A stretch of 64,000 nucleotides of DNA from Eledone cirrhosa (taxonomy: Eukaryota), in the NCBI GenBank assembly GCA_964016885.1, contig OZ024740.1, positions 192,138,001 through 192,202,000 of the forward strand, written 5' to 3'. Below the pieces are notes generated by a model. It searched no databases, was not told where the DNA came from, and saw only the letters and a list, made by a program, of their open reading frames with translations. The translations under genes were made by a program, and so were the position numbers. Of this stretch, positions 36,226 through 49,900 are shown piece by piece (within the stretch, counting starts at the first letter, position 1; each line of letters opens with the position of its first letter).

Positions 36226-36861
36226 TCTTCAATTAATAATATGTAAACAGCTATTGTAATGGGTAAATATATAAAAATATTTATGCAGTTCTCACAACTA
36301 GTGTCAGATTATTTCTAGAGATATGTGGTGAAATAATTTGTCGAATGTTCATGTTAGGGAATACCAGATTAAACAAAACTTACTCCTCGAAATAAGCACG
36401 TGTGTCATCAGGTTTACGACGGGTTTTCTTCTTCAAACAGTTTTTTTCTTTAAGTTCAAAGAGCGAACGTCTGTATATCTGCTTGTTTGTTTTGTGTACA
36501 TGTTTTCATTGTGTTCATAATACATCAATGTGTTATATAATCAATAGAGTTTTTTGTTACTTACATATATCGTTTTTCTTTTTGTTTTGATTTAAAATTC
36601 TGAGTAGTGCTGTGGTGTATATTCAGTTTCTTTAATTACACATGTGATCCGATATTTGAATGAAGAAAATTATGTAACAAGGACGATCCGTGTACAACAT
36701 TTATTTTTTGTAAGCTTCTTTGGTATTCGTCCATTATGTTTTTTTTTTTTGTACATTCATCCATTCACTCATTCATTTACTAACATTCTACCATCTTGTG
36801 TGTCCCTCTCCATGCAGCCCCTTCTTTTCTCTTTTGTTTTCTGACACCTCTATATATATAG

Positions 36862-38040
36862 GTGAGCTATGAGTCCCACTTACCACCACTTTCCCTTCCA
36901 CCCCCACACGCCAGCCACCCACCACTGATGCCACTCGGTGTCCCAGTCCCGGGCACCACGCCCCACCCCCACCACCCCCAACACGACACCTGCAGCATTT
37001 GCAGCACCACTAACAAACGGAAGGGGGGACGGAATTGTTTGGGGTGCGGTTACTTTCACCACCTCACCTGCGTTGGCTTGACTCGTCGAGCTTCCAATGC
37101 CCTCGCAACGAGAAGGTGCAGAAGCTGCCTCTTCTCCACCCACGGCCGTCTGGCACACCACTAGCTGGAACAGCGAGCTTGCCTGGCGCCCAAGCCTCGC
37201 TAGTGAACATCGCTCGGCTCAGGGGGATCTGGCAGATCCCACTTAGGATCCCGAGAGCGGCACGTGTGCCGGGAGCCGATACCCTCGCTTCCTCGATTGA
37301 GACAGCCCTGGACTCCAATCGAGGCAGTCACTGGGAGCGGCTGTTCTATTTCACCCCACTCGCCCTCGGCCTCCCCGGCTCTGGCGCTGACCGGGGCGCC
37401 CGATCAACAGCCTCCTTCGTCAAAGGCAATGTCTCGTCTTTTGGACGAGCGTCCATTCCAATTGTGCCCAGAGACGCCACACACCCCACCTTCAGGTACC
37501 CCCTATCCTCCACAGCTGAGACCAGCTCCAAGCATTTGCGTGACCAGGTAAACGCCCAGCTTATAATGGGTGATATCTCGGCCGCAGTCAGAGTTGTTGC
37601 CTCAGACGACACTGTCGTCCAAACCACCAAGGAGATCCTGGCTGCACTCCGACTCAAACACACTGAACCACCCACTGATCTCAGACTCATACCCCCACCC
37701 GACCCCCACTTGCTCATTGTGGCTTCTGATGCTGACATCATGTCCGCCATCAGGTCCTTCCCAGCGAGCAGCTGCGGGGGTATTGATGGTCTCCGACCAG
37801 GCAACCTCAAGGAGTTGATTTGGCCCCTCTCCGCTGAGGCCGGGCCCCGCCGTCTGAGTGCAATTGTGGCGCTCACCAATAGTCTCATCCATGGCGCCCT
37901 GAACCGTACCGCCCGAGGCCTCTTTTTTCGGCCAGCCTCACCGCTCTCAGGAAGAAAGTGGGTGGCTTACGCCCCGTTGCTGTGGGCAATGTCTTCCGGA
38001 GGCTGGCATGACCATCTTCCCGTTCCGCGGTGCCAAACCC
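36862..38040 (+). mobile_element. 5' fragment of a CRE-clade non-LTR retrotransposon with N-terminal PHD finger
   Basis: C4HC3 pattern at 36991-37128; then RIPRAAR, GDISAAVR, LRLKH, AIRSFPASSCGGIDGLRP and, after a frameshift, LTALRKKVGGLRPVAVGNVFRRL, typical of CRE-type RT N-terminal domains. Confidence 0.75.
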
Positions 38041-38042
38041 CT

Positions 38043-40165
38043 CGTCACTTGTTGATTTTATACTGTATTTTCTTTTCAGTCTTCTAAGTTTAGTTTGTTT
38101 AACATGTTCACCTACTTTATAGTTTGTTAAATTTCTATTTCCATGTCGGATCGGAGAAGGTTTATTTGGCGATTGACGTTCTCTTGCCAAGTATTGTTTG
38201 TTGTGGGAATTCCTTTGTTATTTTCATTTTCACTCCACATAAGTGTGTGGTGACTTTAGCCGATGCATAATAGAGATGATTTAGATCAGTAATGTTTAGT
38301 TTGTTTGTGATGATAATGTTTTTGAGAATTATGTCAATCCTGTGTATTATCTTTTTGGTTCTGTTTGGAGTTCTGGATCTTAGTGGGAGTTTCTTGTTCA
38401 CCCATGTCAGATTCTTTCATGTTCATCCATTCGATCATAATTTCATACTTCAAGTTGGCAAGTCCATTCTCATTCATTACTTTATCATTTACGATCTCAT
38501 TGTTTTCATTTTGAGTTTCATCTTGAATATACACCCCCTCCACTTGTTGGATTCTTTTTTAAATTTGTTCTGCTGTCAGTGATTTCGCCCCAACCCTGGG
38601 ATTCGAAATGTTACAATTTACCTCGTTTTCACTGACACATGTTTCATTTTCCCTTCGCTGACTTTGTGCTAATTGCTTGATCTGATCAATTTCTATATCA
38701 TTTAGTAACATTGTTTAACAATATTTTTTCGTATATTGGCTAGTTTGTTACTGTCAATATAGCCTCTGTTTTCGGGATGTTTCTTTTTGCTGTTGATATA
38801 TGTCTGTTCTGTATTCGATCTATTTGACGGGTAGTGCATGGCAGTGTAGAAAGCCTCAATGACTTTTATATGCATTCCGCTTATGGGAAGACTCCAGCTC
38901 CGAAGTGATGGGAAGGTTTGAACCATTAGCTGATTTTTCGACCCCAGACTGGTTCCTCTCTGAGGGACAAGGCCCTTTTTGACCCGGGTGATGGCCGATC
39001 CGGTATGAGATTTTAACATTTGACATTTACTTTATTTTGTCGCGTTTTATCCTTAACCGCCAAATGGTAATCATTTCGTGTTACCACTTCTATGACGAGT
39101 GTCAACCAAGACTAGAGGGGTCGTCCTCCCCTAGAGACACGACTATTCCCCCGGCGTCCGACATACCGGTATTTCTTGGTCACGGGGTTTTCTTTTTTTG
39201 TTGTTTTTTAAATTGTTATTATCATAAGTGGTTCCTTAATGTGAGCATTGCTTGGCTTAAGAATGAAATTATTATTTATAATATAATATACTTTTTGTTG
39301 AAGTTGCCTGTTGTTGTTGTTGGCTATGTCGGTGGTGGTCCTGGGGCTTTTTCTATTGTTGGTGGGGAAGGGAGGGTCCAGCAGTGCCATAGTCGTTGAC
39401 GTTTGACCTGGCCACTAAGCCAGTCAATTTATATATTTTGCTAGCCTCTCCCTTGTCTAGTGATACCATCACCTTCCCCTTTCTTAAGTTAACAGAAGGT
39501 AGTGGGGGAATATTGGTGGGAGAAATGAAGGAGTGGTGGCTGTGGTGATGGGATAGTGGTAGCAATGATGGCGTGGTGGCAGCGGTGACAATCGTGATGG
39601 CGTGGTCGTAACTGAGTTTTGTTGAATAGACTATAGTAGTATGCCTTCGTTTAATCTGTGTATCTATGCGGTTTGTCGCGTATGTTTAATATATGTGTTG
39701 ACATATTATCTTAATATTTGAATTAAACATTTTGAGAAAACTTGAGATACAATAATAGTAATTATTATTATTATGCTGGGATTGGTGGTGGTGGTGGTGG
39801 TCAAATTGCCGTTACCTGACTGTTGTATTTAGTGTACACAGAGGGGTGATGGGATAGGTGGTGTATCTAGTTTGTGGTGGTTGTGGAATTGCTGTTATTT
39901 GGCTGTTCTATATAGTGTAGACAGAGGGGGTTTCTTCCATTTATAACCATTTTTTTTTTTTAATATAACATTTTTAATACAGAATTGAATATTGAGCGAT
40001 ATAACAGGAAGTTATGGGTCTTCATTTCCTGAGAGTTAAGCCTGGTGCTTTATATCTCATTTGTACTAAGAATTGTTATGTCACAATTGTTTTAAATATG
40101 TTAAAAATTAAAAACTTACGGGAGCAATTCCAGAACACTCTATCCGCCACTTGCTTCCTCTTTCC
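38043..40165 (-). mobile_element. 5' part (UTR and N-terminal ORF) of R4/Dong-like family B
   Basis: 38045-38458 matches 7728-8130; ORF start ~39019; 5' terminus abuts (TTA)n at 40166. Confidence 0.8.
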
Positions 40166-40204
40166 TTATTATTATTATTATTATTATTATTATTGTTATT
40201 GTTA

Positions 40205-43200
40205 TTCCTTGAATCTCAGTCATTGATGTTGGTTAACTGGAAAGTCCGTTGGATTGAATATCAAGCCACTACCTGCAGCCTCAGATATTCAGGACGTATC
40301 GGAGGGTTCTTGCCGTTCCAAGCAAGCATGCCTTTTGAAGCGTTCCAAAAAGCGTGAAGGGGCCGATTTTCTTTAACCATCCCTTGAAACCTTTGGAGAT
40401 AGTCCCCAGTGCGCCTATGACAATCGGGATCACTTTGACTTCATGGCAGTTCCAAATCCTTTTCACCTCCCACTTTAGGTCCTGGTATCGGTTAATTTTC
40501 TCCCTCTCCTTCTCTTGCACTCTCGTGTCGAACGGGCAGGCCACATCCACAATCAGGCACGATCTTTTTTCTTTGTCCACAACCACCAGGTCAGGTCTAT
40601 TGTGTTCCAGTTTTTTGTCCGTCTGTATCCTAAAATCCCACAGCACCTTCACCTGACTGTTCTCCATCACCGCCTCTGGCCTATGCTCATACCATTTCTC
40701 AGAATGTGGTAGATTGTTTACTTTGCACAGGTGCCAGTGGATCACCCTGCCCATCACATCGTGTCTCCAGCCCTTATAGTGGGTCTGGGCTAGGTGTTTA
40801 CACTCGGACACAATGTGAGCCACAGTCTCCTCTCTCTCTCCACAGATCCTGCACAGTGGGCTAGCCTCCTCCTTGTAGATATGGTGCTTCAACCACTTCG
40901 TTTTGAGGGCCTGCTCCTGCGCACCCATTAGCATTCCTTCTGTAGCCTTTTTGAGGTCTCCTCTTCTCAACCAGTTCCATGTCTGTGGATCTCTAAATTC
41001 AGTTTTCTCAAAGAAGGTACTATGAAGGGGTTTTCCCTTAAGGCTGCTCTTCCTCCTTGATGTTATTTCCTCCCTGGACATCCCCTGGCCTACTGTCCCC
41101 TCCTTCAGTACAGCTCTGAGCATTGGCTCCTTACTATAGGTCACGTATTTGTATAGGTTGTTTTTCTCCATCTGAACACAGTCCTCTATGCTGATAAGAC
41201 CTCTTCCACCCTCAGATCTCCTTAGGTAGAGTCTATCGACATCACTCCTCTTGTGGAACATGTTGTAGATAGTCAATAGCTTCCTAGTCTTCCTATCCAT
41301 TTCTTTCTGTTCAGCAACATTCCATCTCAGAATTCCCGCACTGTACCTAATAATAGACACAGCTCTGGAATTTACTGCGCTCATGGCATTTCTGCTGTTC
41401 AGATGTGACTTCAATACGCTCCTTACTCTCCGAATGTATTCAGTTCTTAACAATTCCTTCATTTTCTTGTTCTTTATGCCATCAGCCTACAGAACGCCCA
41501 AATACTTGTATACTTCCTCAGAGTCAATTTCCTTTATCATCTCACCTGTTGGTATCTGGATCCCGTTACTTCTGCTCAACCTACCACTCTTCATCACAAT
41601 GACTCCACATTTACCAATACCACACTGCATGCATATATCACTGCTGAAAATACGGACAGTGTCAACAAGCACATCCAACTCCTTCTCACTTTTCCCGAAG
41701 AGCTTAAGATCGTCCATGAAGAGGAGGTGATTGATGGTAAGCTCTCCCCTTCCCAACTTGTATCCTGCTCTTACTTTTCGCAGCATAATGGTCAAGGGCA
41801 TCAGGGCAAGGACAAACAACAGAGGGGACAGGCTATCTCCCTGGAAGATACCTCTCTTGATCTTCACGCTTCCCAAGGATACTCCAGTTGATGTCAACTC
41901 TGTCTCCCAGGACCCCATACTCCTGCCTAGCAACTGTCTGATGTTATCTGCCACCCTGAAGATCTCCAGGCTTTTGGTGATCCAGGAATGAGGCACCATG
42001 TCAAATGCCTTTCTGTAGTCTATCCATCCCATGGCAGGATTAGTGTGTCTCCTCCTGCAATTCCCCATTACCATCTTATCAATAAGCAACTGGTCCTTTG
42101 TACCACGTGACTTCTTTCGGCATCCTTTCTGTTCGTCCGGTAACAAGTTGTTTGTGTGGAGGTGATGGTAGATTTCCTCAGACACAATGCTCGTCAACAG
42201 TTTCCACATTACGGGCAGACATGTGATAGGTCTATAGTTGGTAGCATCATTACCCTTGATTCGGTCTTTCATTATCAGAACTGTGGTACCTTTTGTCAAC
42301 CACTCTGGCACCTCACCCGACACCAAGCAGTCATTGAACATGGCCGTCAGCTTCGGGTGGAGGGATGTTAGATGTTTAATCCAATACCCCTGCACACCAT
42401 CTGGGCCTTGTGATTTCCAGTTGGTTAGTTTTTTGGCTTGCCCCTTAAGAGTTTCAACTGTGATACTCAAATCAGTCTGTTGCTGTGCCTGCTCACCGAT
42501 CTCCCTCTGTACTGTCTCAATCCACCCTGCCTGGGCATTGTGTCTAACATACTGCTCCCATATTCCTCTCCACAATGTTTTAGTTTGCTCCGCCCCAGGG
42601 ATCAAGTCGTTGCCTCTTTCTTTGCCCTCAAGCTGTCCAAACAGCATCTTCTGGCTGTTGTCGAACATGCGGTTCTGTTTTTACTGGCTGACTCTGTTCT
42701 CGTATCGCCTGATTTTTGCACTCTTTGCTACAATGCGTTGCTTCAATTCCTCTATGATAATATTTAGCTTTTTACTCTTAGTTTTGTATTTTATTTCCAG
42801 TCTATTTTTAGTGCCTATGTTTTTTAGTGTCCCATTCAGTAGTGAGTCAAGCTTTCCTATGTCATTTCTCATTTCCCCGATTTGCCCACTCAGTCGCTTC
42901 TTCCACCACGGCTCTGCTCTTTCTTGTCTGTTGTTTCCTCTCGCTTTTATACCAAGTAGTTTCCTCACCGTATTTGCTGTTGCTCTGAGGATATTGTTGC
43001 ACTGGTGAAGGCTCCTCGCCTCAAGGTATGGGATGACTTTGTTTACCTTAGCTGTTGTTTCTTTTAACTTTTTCCTGTCTACAAATCTTAGGTACATAGG
43101 TCTCCCACTATCATTGTTCAATTCATCTACCACTAAATTTAGGATGTCAACCGAATCTTGTCCTAGCCCGTCAGCATTCATCTCCTCAGTGGCCGTATCT

Positions 43201-43340
43201 CTGTTCCAGGTATTATTTATCTCAGTACTCAGATCATTGTCTGCTTCGGGTGGTTCCTCCGTTCTCAGGACCTCCTCACCTTCATTTCCCACCGGCTCGC
43301 TTGTCTGGCATACTACACCCGCCATCTCCAAGCCATTCTC
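40205..43340 (-). mobile_element. R4/Dong-like element family A copy 1, 5'-truncated, in (TAA)n
   Basis: Flanked by (ATT)n on both sides; near-intact ORF. Confidence 0.95.
40281..43340 (-). pseudogene. RT + CCHC + restriction-like (PD-D/ExK) endonuclease polyprotein with two in-frame stops
   Basis: ORFs 42681-, 41487-42668 and 40281-41462 share one frame; WIDYRKAFDMVPH, GIFQGDSLSPLLF, HLLFMDDLKL, CRICGEREETVAHIVSEC, RPDLVVVD..IVDVACP. Confidence 0.93.
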
Positions 43341-43386
<46 letters not shown>

Positions 43387-43387
43387 G

Positions 43388-43443
<56 letters not shown>

Positions 43444-43447
43444 GTTG

Positions 43448-46197
43448 TTATTCCTTGAATCTCAGTCATTGATGTTGGCTAACTGGAAAGTCCGTTGGAT
43501 TGAATATCAAGCCACTACCTGCAGCCTCAGATATTCAGGACGTATCGGAGGGTTCTTGCTGTTTCAAGCAAGCATGCCTTTTGAAGCGTTCCAAAAAGCG
43601 TGAAGGGGCCGATTTTCTTTAACCATCCCTGGAAACTTTTGGAGATAGTCCCCAGTGCGCCTATGACAATCGGGATCACTTTGACTTCATGGCAGTTCCA
43701 AATCAAATCCTTTTCACCTCCCACTTTAGGTCCTGGTATCGGTTAATTTTCTCCCTCTCCTTCTCTTGCACTCTCGTGTCGAACGGGCAGGCCACATCCA
43801 CAATCAGACACGATCTTTTTTCTTTGTCCACAACCACCAGGTCAGGTCTATTGTGTTCCAGTTTTTTGTCCGTCTGTATCCTAAAATCCCACAGCACCTT
43901 CACCTGATTGTTCTCCATCACCGCCTCTGGCCTATGCTCATACCATTTCTCAGAATGTGGTAAATTGTTTACTTTGCACAGGTGCCAGTGGATCACCCTG
44001 CCCATCACATCGTGTCTCCAGCCCTTATAGTGGGTCTGGGCTAGGTGTTTACACTAGGACACAATGTGAGCCACAGTCTCCTCTCTCTCTCCACAGATCC
44101 TGCACAGTGGGCTAGCCTCCTCCTTGTAGATATGGTGCTTCAACCACTTCGTTTTGAGGGCCTGCTCCTGCGCAACCATTAGCATTCCTTCTGTAGCCTT
44201 TTTGAGGTCTCCTCTTCTCAACCAGTTCCATGTCTGTGGATCTCTAAATTCAGTTTTCTCAAAGAAGGTACTATGAAGGGATTTTCCCTTAAGGCTGCTC
44301 TTCCTCCTTGATGTTATTTCCTCCTTGGACATCCCCTGGCCTACTGTCCCCTCCTTCAGTATAGTTCTGAGCATTGGCTCCTTACTATAGGTCACGTATT
44401 TGTATAGGTTGTTTTTCTCCATCTGAACACAGTCCTCTATGCTGATAAGACCTCTTCCACCCTCAGATCTCCTTAGGTAGAGTCTATCGACATCACTCCT
44501 CTTGTGGAACATGTTGTAGATAGTCTTTTTCCTGTCTACAAATCTTAGGTTCATAGGTCTCCCACTATCATTGTTCAATTCATCTACCACTAAATTTAGG
44601 ATGTCAACCGAATTTTGTCCTTGCCCGTCAGCATTCATCTCCTCAGTGGCCGTATCTCTGTTCCAGGTATTATTTATCTCAGTATGCAGATCATTGTCTG
44701 CTTCGGGTGGTTCCTCCGTTCTCAGGACCTCTTCACCTTCATTTCCCACTGGCTCGCTTGTCTGGCATACTACACCCACCATCTCCAAGCCATTCTCTCT
44801 GCTCAGTTCCTCCAGTTCCAGCTCGCTTATCCATCCATTAGTTCTTATTACCCGAGCCTGCCCGGCCAATTTTTGTTCATCTAATTTAAATAAACCAATC
44901 TCGTTCCAGATGTTATGCATCCGTCTCCTGTAGCCCCTCTCCTTGGGGTTACTTTTCAGGTAACATTGCATAACAGTTCTATTCAATTCTTTCGTCCAGT
45001 TGGTTCTGGCCCCTTTCCTTCTTCTCCTTCCTCCAACATCAGCAGTATTTGGTTGACAGTCAGGTTCCTGCTGCTGAGCCAGGGGGCACCTGTTGGGTGA
45101 GAGTCTGTCACATGACGTTCTAGTCTCCATTCCACCGTTATTCGAACTGTTTATGTTCGATATTTAAACACTCTTATCGAGGATTGGCGAATGTATGGTT
45201 ACATATCCATCTGTGGATCCGCCATTCCACTTGCCTCTTGTGTGGCATTATCACCACGCTGTATACGAACACACATAAACAAACAAACACACAGGCAGAA
45301 AGGGCCCCAAAAATGAATAAGCATAAGTTTCATTGTAATGTAGTGTTCGAATGTCTGACTTAGTTTTTGTTTTTTAAGTTTTACTTTTCCCCCCCTCTTC
45401 TCTGTCCGTCCGCCTGCTTCTCTCTTCATTCTTATTTTCATTACGTTTTTGGGGGTTTTTTTTTTTGGTTTTTGTTTTCGTTTTTGTTTTTCTCTGTTTG
45501 TTTTTCTCGTTTTTTGCTGTAGTTGCTGTGCTGCTTTGGTTTTGTTGTTTGTTTTTTTCTTTTTTCTTTTGAGTCTATCTATATATTTTGATGCCTTCCT
45601 CTTTTTTAGCAGTAGGGATTCTATAATGTGGTGGCAGCAGCCAGCTGAAAGTTGTGGGAGACTGGCGGCGGTAGCGATACTGAGACAGTGGTGGTGGTGA
45701 TGTCGATACCGAGGCAGTGGTGGCGGTGATGTGACCGTATTACTGTAGTGATGGTGCTGTAGCGGTGGTAGCAGTGAAGGAGTGAAGGGGTGGTGGCGGC
45801 GGTGATGGGATAATGGTTGTAATGATGGCCGTAGTGAGCGGTGGTGGTTTAGTGTACACAGGTGATGGGGTGGGTGGTGTATCTAGTTTCTGGTGTTGGT
45901 GAGTTTGGCTGTTCTATATAGTGTAGATAGAGGAGGAGGGGGGGGGGGGTTCTTCTTCCATTTATAGCCATTTTCTTTTTTGGATATACAGTGTACAATA
46001 CAAAGTTGAATATTTGAATATTTGAGCCTTATAACAATATATTTTGGGTCCGAATTTTTTGGGGCTCAAGCCGGGTGCTTTACGTAGCATTTGTACTAAG
46101 AGTTGTTATTTCACAAATGATTTAAATATGTTAAAAATTCAAAACTTACGGGAGCGATTTCATGACCTCCGTCACCTCGTGCGTCTTCTTCCCTATA
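43448..46197 (-). mobile_element. R4/Dong-like family A copy 2, both ends present, RT deleted in frame
   Basis: Near-identical to copy 1; junction RKK|TIYNM at ~44525 removes ~1.8 kb; ATG at 45130; 5' UTR runs to (ATT)n at 46198. Confidence 0.93.
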
Positions 46198-46198
46198 C

Positions 46199-46261
<63 letters not shown>

Positions 46262-46529
46262 AGTTGCATTTATCTTGCTTTATGTTCATACGAGTTATCA
46301 CCAAGTCACAACCGGTGACCTGAAGAGACAACAAGGTCCGCCATGTTCAAGGAAGAACATACATACTCACACATGCATCTTTAGTGTTTAGACTTGTGAT
46401 GTACTTATATTGACAGAATCTTCCTTAGTATATGGGCAGTTCCCATTAGTACTATCTTTTGTATTTCTCCTATACGCGGGTTTCCTGGGATCTGCGATAA
46501 GTAATCATTATTATTATTATTGTTATTGT

Positions 46530-46843
46530 TATTCCTTGAATCTCAGTCATTGATGTTGGTTAACTGGAAAGTCCGTTGGATTGAATATCAAGCCACTACC
46601 TGCAGCCTCAGATATTCAGGACGTATCGGAGGGTTCTTGCTGTTCCAAGCAAGCATGCCTTTTGAAGCGTTCCAAAAAGCGTGAAGGGGCCGATTTTCTT
46701 TAACCATCCCTGGAAACCTTTGGAGATAGTCCCCAGTGCGCCTATGACAATCGGGATCACTTTGACTTCATGGCAGTTCCAAATCCTTTTCACCTCCCAC
46801 TTTAGGTCCTGGTATCGGTTAATTTTCTCCCTCTCCTTCTCTT

Positions 46844-46845
<2 letters not shown>
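46530..46845 (-). mobile_element. R4/Dong-like family A copy 3 (3' terminal ~315 bp)
   Basis: Near-identical to 40205-40520; bounded by (ATT)n. Confidence 0.93.
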
Positions 46846-46930
<85 letters not shown>

Positions 46931-47575
46931 CTTGCAGCTTTCTTCAGCAACATTTAATGCACATAGTGTACGTACGTGTTCCTCATATTAATGCTGCATT
47001 GTGTTTTCATTATTTTGTATGTGCCTAATGTAACGTATGAGTCGTTTACTGTGTTGTCGAGCACTGTTCTGTTCAGTGCACAGTGGTTATAAGCATTGTA
47101 GTGCTAGGTGGTGTTGTTTATATTGTTCTGATATTATTCATCGTAATATATGCGCAGTGTTTAGTAGTGCTATTTTTCTGTTATATATATATACATATTT
47201 GTTAGTCCTAGAGTTTAAGTTATGTATGTTTTTTTTCATCATTTCCAGAGCATTTATTATTATTGATTCAGTTTTCTGCATTTACATACAAATTATTCCT
47301 ATATCTATATATTTTTTTTATTTTTGGATAGTTTTTCTATTTACTTCGTAGATAAATTTTCGTCTGTAATTATGGTTGTTCGTCTTCTTTTTGTAACCTT
47401 TCTCTGGCGAGAGCTTCTGCCATCTGTTTTATGTTGGTATTTGGTAGTGTTGGAATAACTTCCAGTGTAGGGAAATACTGACTCTACCATGTCTGTGGAT
47501 ATATTTATGTTACCTAAGACTGTTCAGTCAGAATTACGCTGGTTAAATTTCTCTTCTTCATCTTGTTATTCTTAC

Positions 47576-48160
47576 TGGGTCGATAAATCAAAGTACCAGT
47601 AATGCACTGGGATAATTGCTTTGCCTTTTGCTACTATAGTCACAAGGCCAGGAATTTGGTGGGGGGGGGGGGGGGTTTATCGATTAACCCGACCACAGTG
47701 CATTACTGGTGCAGTATTTTATCGACCTCGTAAGGATGGAAGGCAACGTTAACCTCAGCGGGATTTGCACGTAGTCCGTGAAGGACTGTAACTCTATTGT
47801 GTAAATCATGTTGTCCGACGCTCCAAAGATACTGTTAAACCACAGCTTGAGTACTCGGGAGGATACTCGAAATATATAGGGTGTTACCTCACTTCAATGG
47901 TAGTGAACAGGTAACACTGTAATACATCTCCAGCGTTAGAGGCTGAGCGAAGATACAACAACAATAATGATAATTGTTTCTACTTTTAGACACGAGGCCA
48001 GCAATTTTGGGGAAGGGAAAGTCGATTATATCGTCCCCAGTCCACTACTGGTAATTTATGTTATCGAACTCGTAAGGGTGAAAGGCAAAGCTAACATCGG
48101 CGTGATTTGAACTCAGAACACAAAGGGCCACGACTATATGCCACAAAGCATGGTATAACG
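47576..48160 (-). mobile_element. Cluster of diverged SINE copies (short + fragment 47576-47620; - copies ~47630-47845 and ~47972-48160)
   Basis: SINE body motifs tcgac..cgtaagg.tgaaaggcaa..gatttgaactcag. Confidence 0.75.
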
Positions 48161-49639
48161 AACTGTCATCTATAACGATGGTCCCCATGCATTCGATACA
48201 TTTTAGTTAGGGAGTATGAAAATGATTGAAAATGAAATAAAATTCGAATTATTATCACGCTAGCCTCAAGTATGTAATACGTCAACACCTGCATACAATA
48301 GCAAACTCAGCATTCAGTATGGTAGATATTGGTGAGCCAGCAACAGCTGCAAATATATCATTAATATATTGAATCTTGATTATTCTAATCCCTTTAGGAG
48401 TTGTTTTCTAAATGTACTCTTTGTAATATACAAGATCATATTTATCTATTAGAATCAATTATTCATAAATATAATTTGTGACTTAATCTATACCATTCCC
48501 TAGATATAATAGATTAACGTCATCCATAGAACTCTGTTCCCATCCTACGGATAGGTAGCTCAGGTATAAATTATTAACATAACCGTTTGGCACGTAGGTT
48601 TCTATTTATCAGTTTAATCCTTTCACTTCGTGTACGATGGTGGTGCTTGCAATATATTTGTTATAGTGATCGCAAAAATGTATTGTTGCAGGCTAGAAGA
48701 AAAATGGTGATGCTGTTGTTGAAGGAGTGCTTATAATATGAACAACCGTTTTCTGAAATATTTATAACTGCATTATCAATTGTTTATATATAATTCAAGA
48801 TAGCACCGTGTGTAAAGTATAGCTGATGTTACTAGGAAAGCTTGAAGAAGCTTTTCTTTCCTGGTTCAAAATCACAGTTTAGAGAACGTTAGCCGAAAGA
48901 TACTGCTATTAAATGTTAATATTAATTTGAGGTTCGAGAAGATTAACACTTCTCTTTTGCCTCAGAACTGTACATAACTCTCATTCTCCCTGTTTCCGAA
49001 AGATGGCATTGTAACAGACTCCACGTCCTGTTTAATTATTTGCACATAATAAAAGTATCCAGCGAAGTAGATTAAGAGGTATATCCGGAAATGTTTTCCG
49101 ATTCTCGTTTGAAGGCAATTCGCTAATGCTTTCGATATTATATTGGTAGATATAAACCACGCAATTTCTCGTTATTGGATTTTATAGGTTCATTAAATTC
49201 CATCTGCTGATGGAACAACACACATTAATATACAGATAATATTAACGTTCATTTCTCATTAACCTTCCGCACACAAACGGCATCTACCTGTAATCTGAAC
49301 ATTATTTGCTGCCACGAACAATGACACTGCGAATATTTTTCAATGGGGTTAATAAATATGTCTTTATGCCGTGGAACGACATTAAGTCCTATTTATTAAT
49401 ACACCATGAAAACAATTTTGCTTTGCGTCTGTGTTTGCATATATGTGCAGCGAAACCCAGGTAAACACTTCAAAGCCGTTGTAAGTGCGTGGTTTCATTC
49501 TCTCTGGATAGTTTTAATGATTTTGGAACACATACGAAATTGCGAAGCATACAAAATCTAAGAGTATTTCATTTAGATTTAATCAGAAACTGACCACAAA
49601 TAAGGCTCACATAAAATCCATATCCACGTACTGGTCATA

Positions 49640-49900
49640 TAGCAATGACAATGGCTCCTACCGTTTCTTTTTCTTCCAATGGCTTTTGTCAAAAGAAACC
49701 GTCTCCATTTCAACCTGTTGAATCCCCAAGTGTGACCAGCTGATCTCTTGAGTGTTATCTAAATATATCCATCATGGTTTACTCATGGGTCTTTGCCAGC
49801 AAAATCTCTCCAACGTTTCTTTCCTGAGATATTCTGTTGTGGACTAAATGGAGGACTTGCTTCTTGATGATTAAGCTAAAAAGACTATATTAATGGTACA
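49640..49900 (-). mobile_element. Decayed RTE-clade LINE 3' fragment
   Basis: Minus-strand peptide ISWSHLGIQQVEMETV..HWKK resembles the 59341-59550 peptide. Confidence 0.4.
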
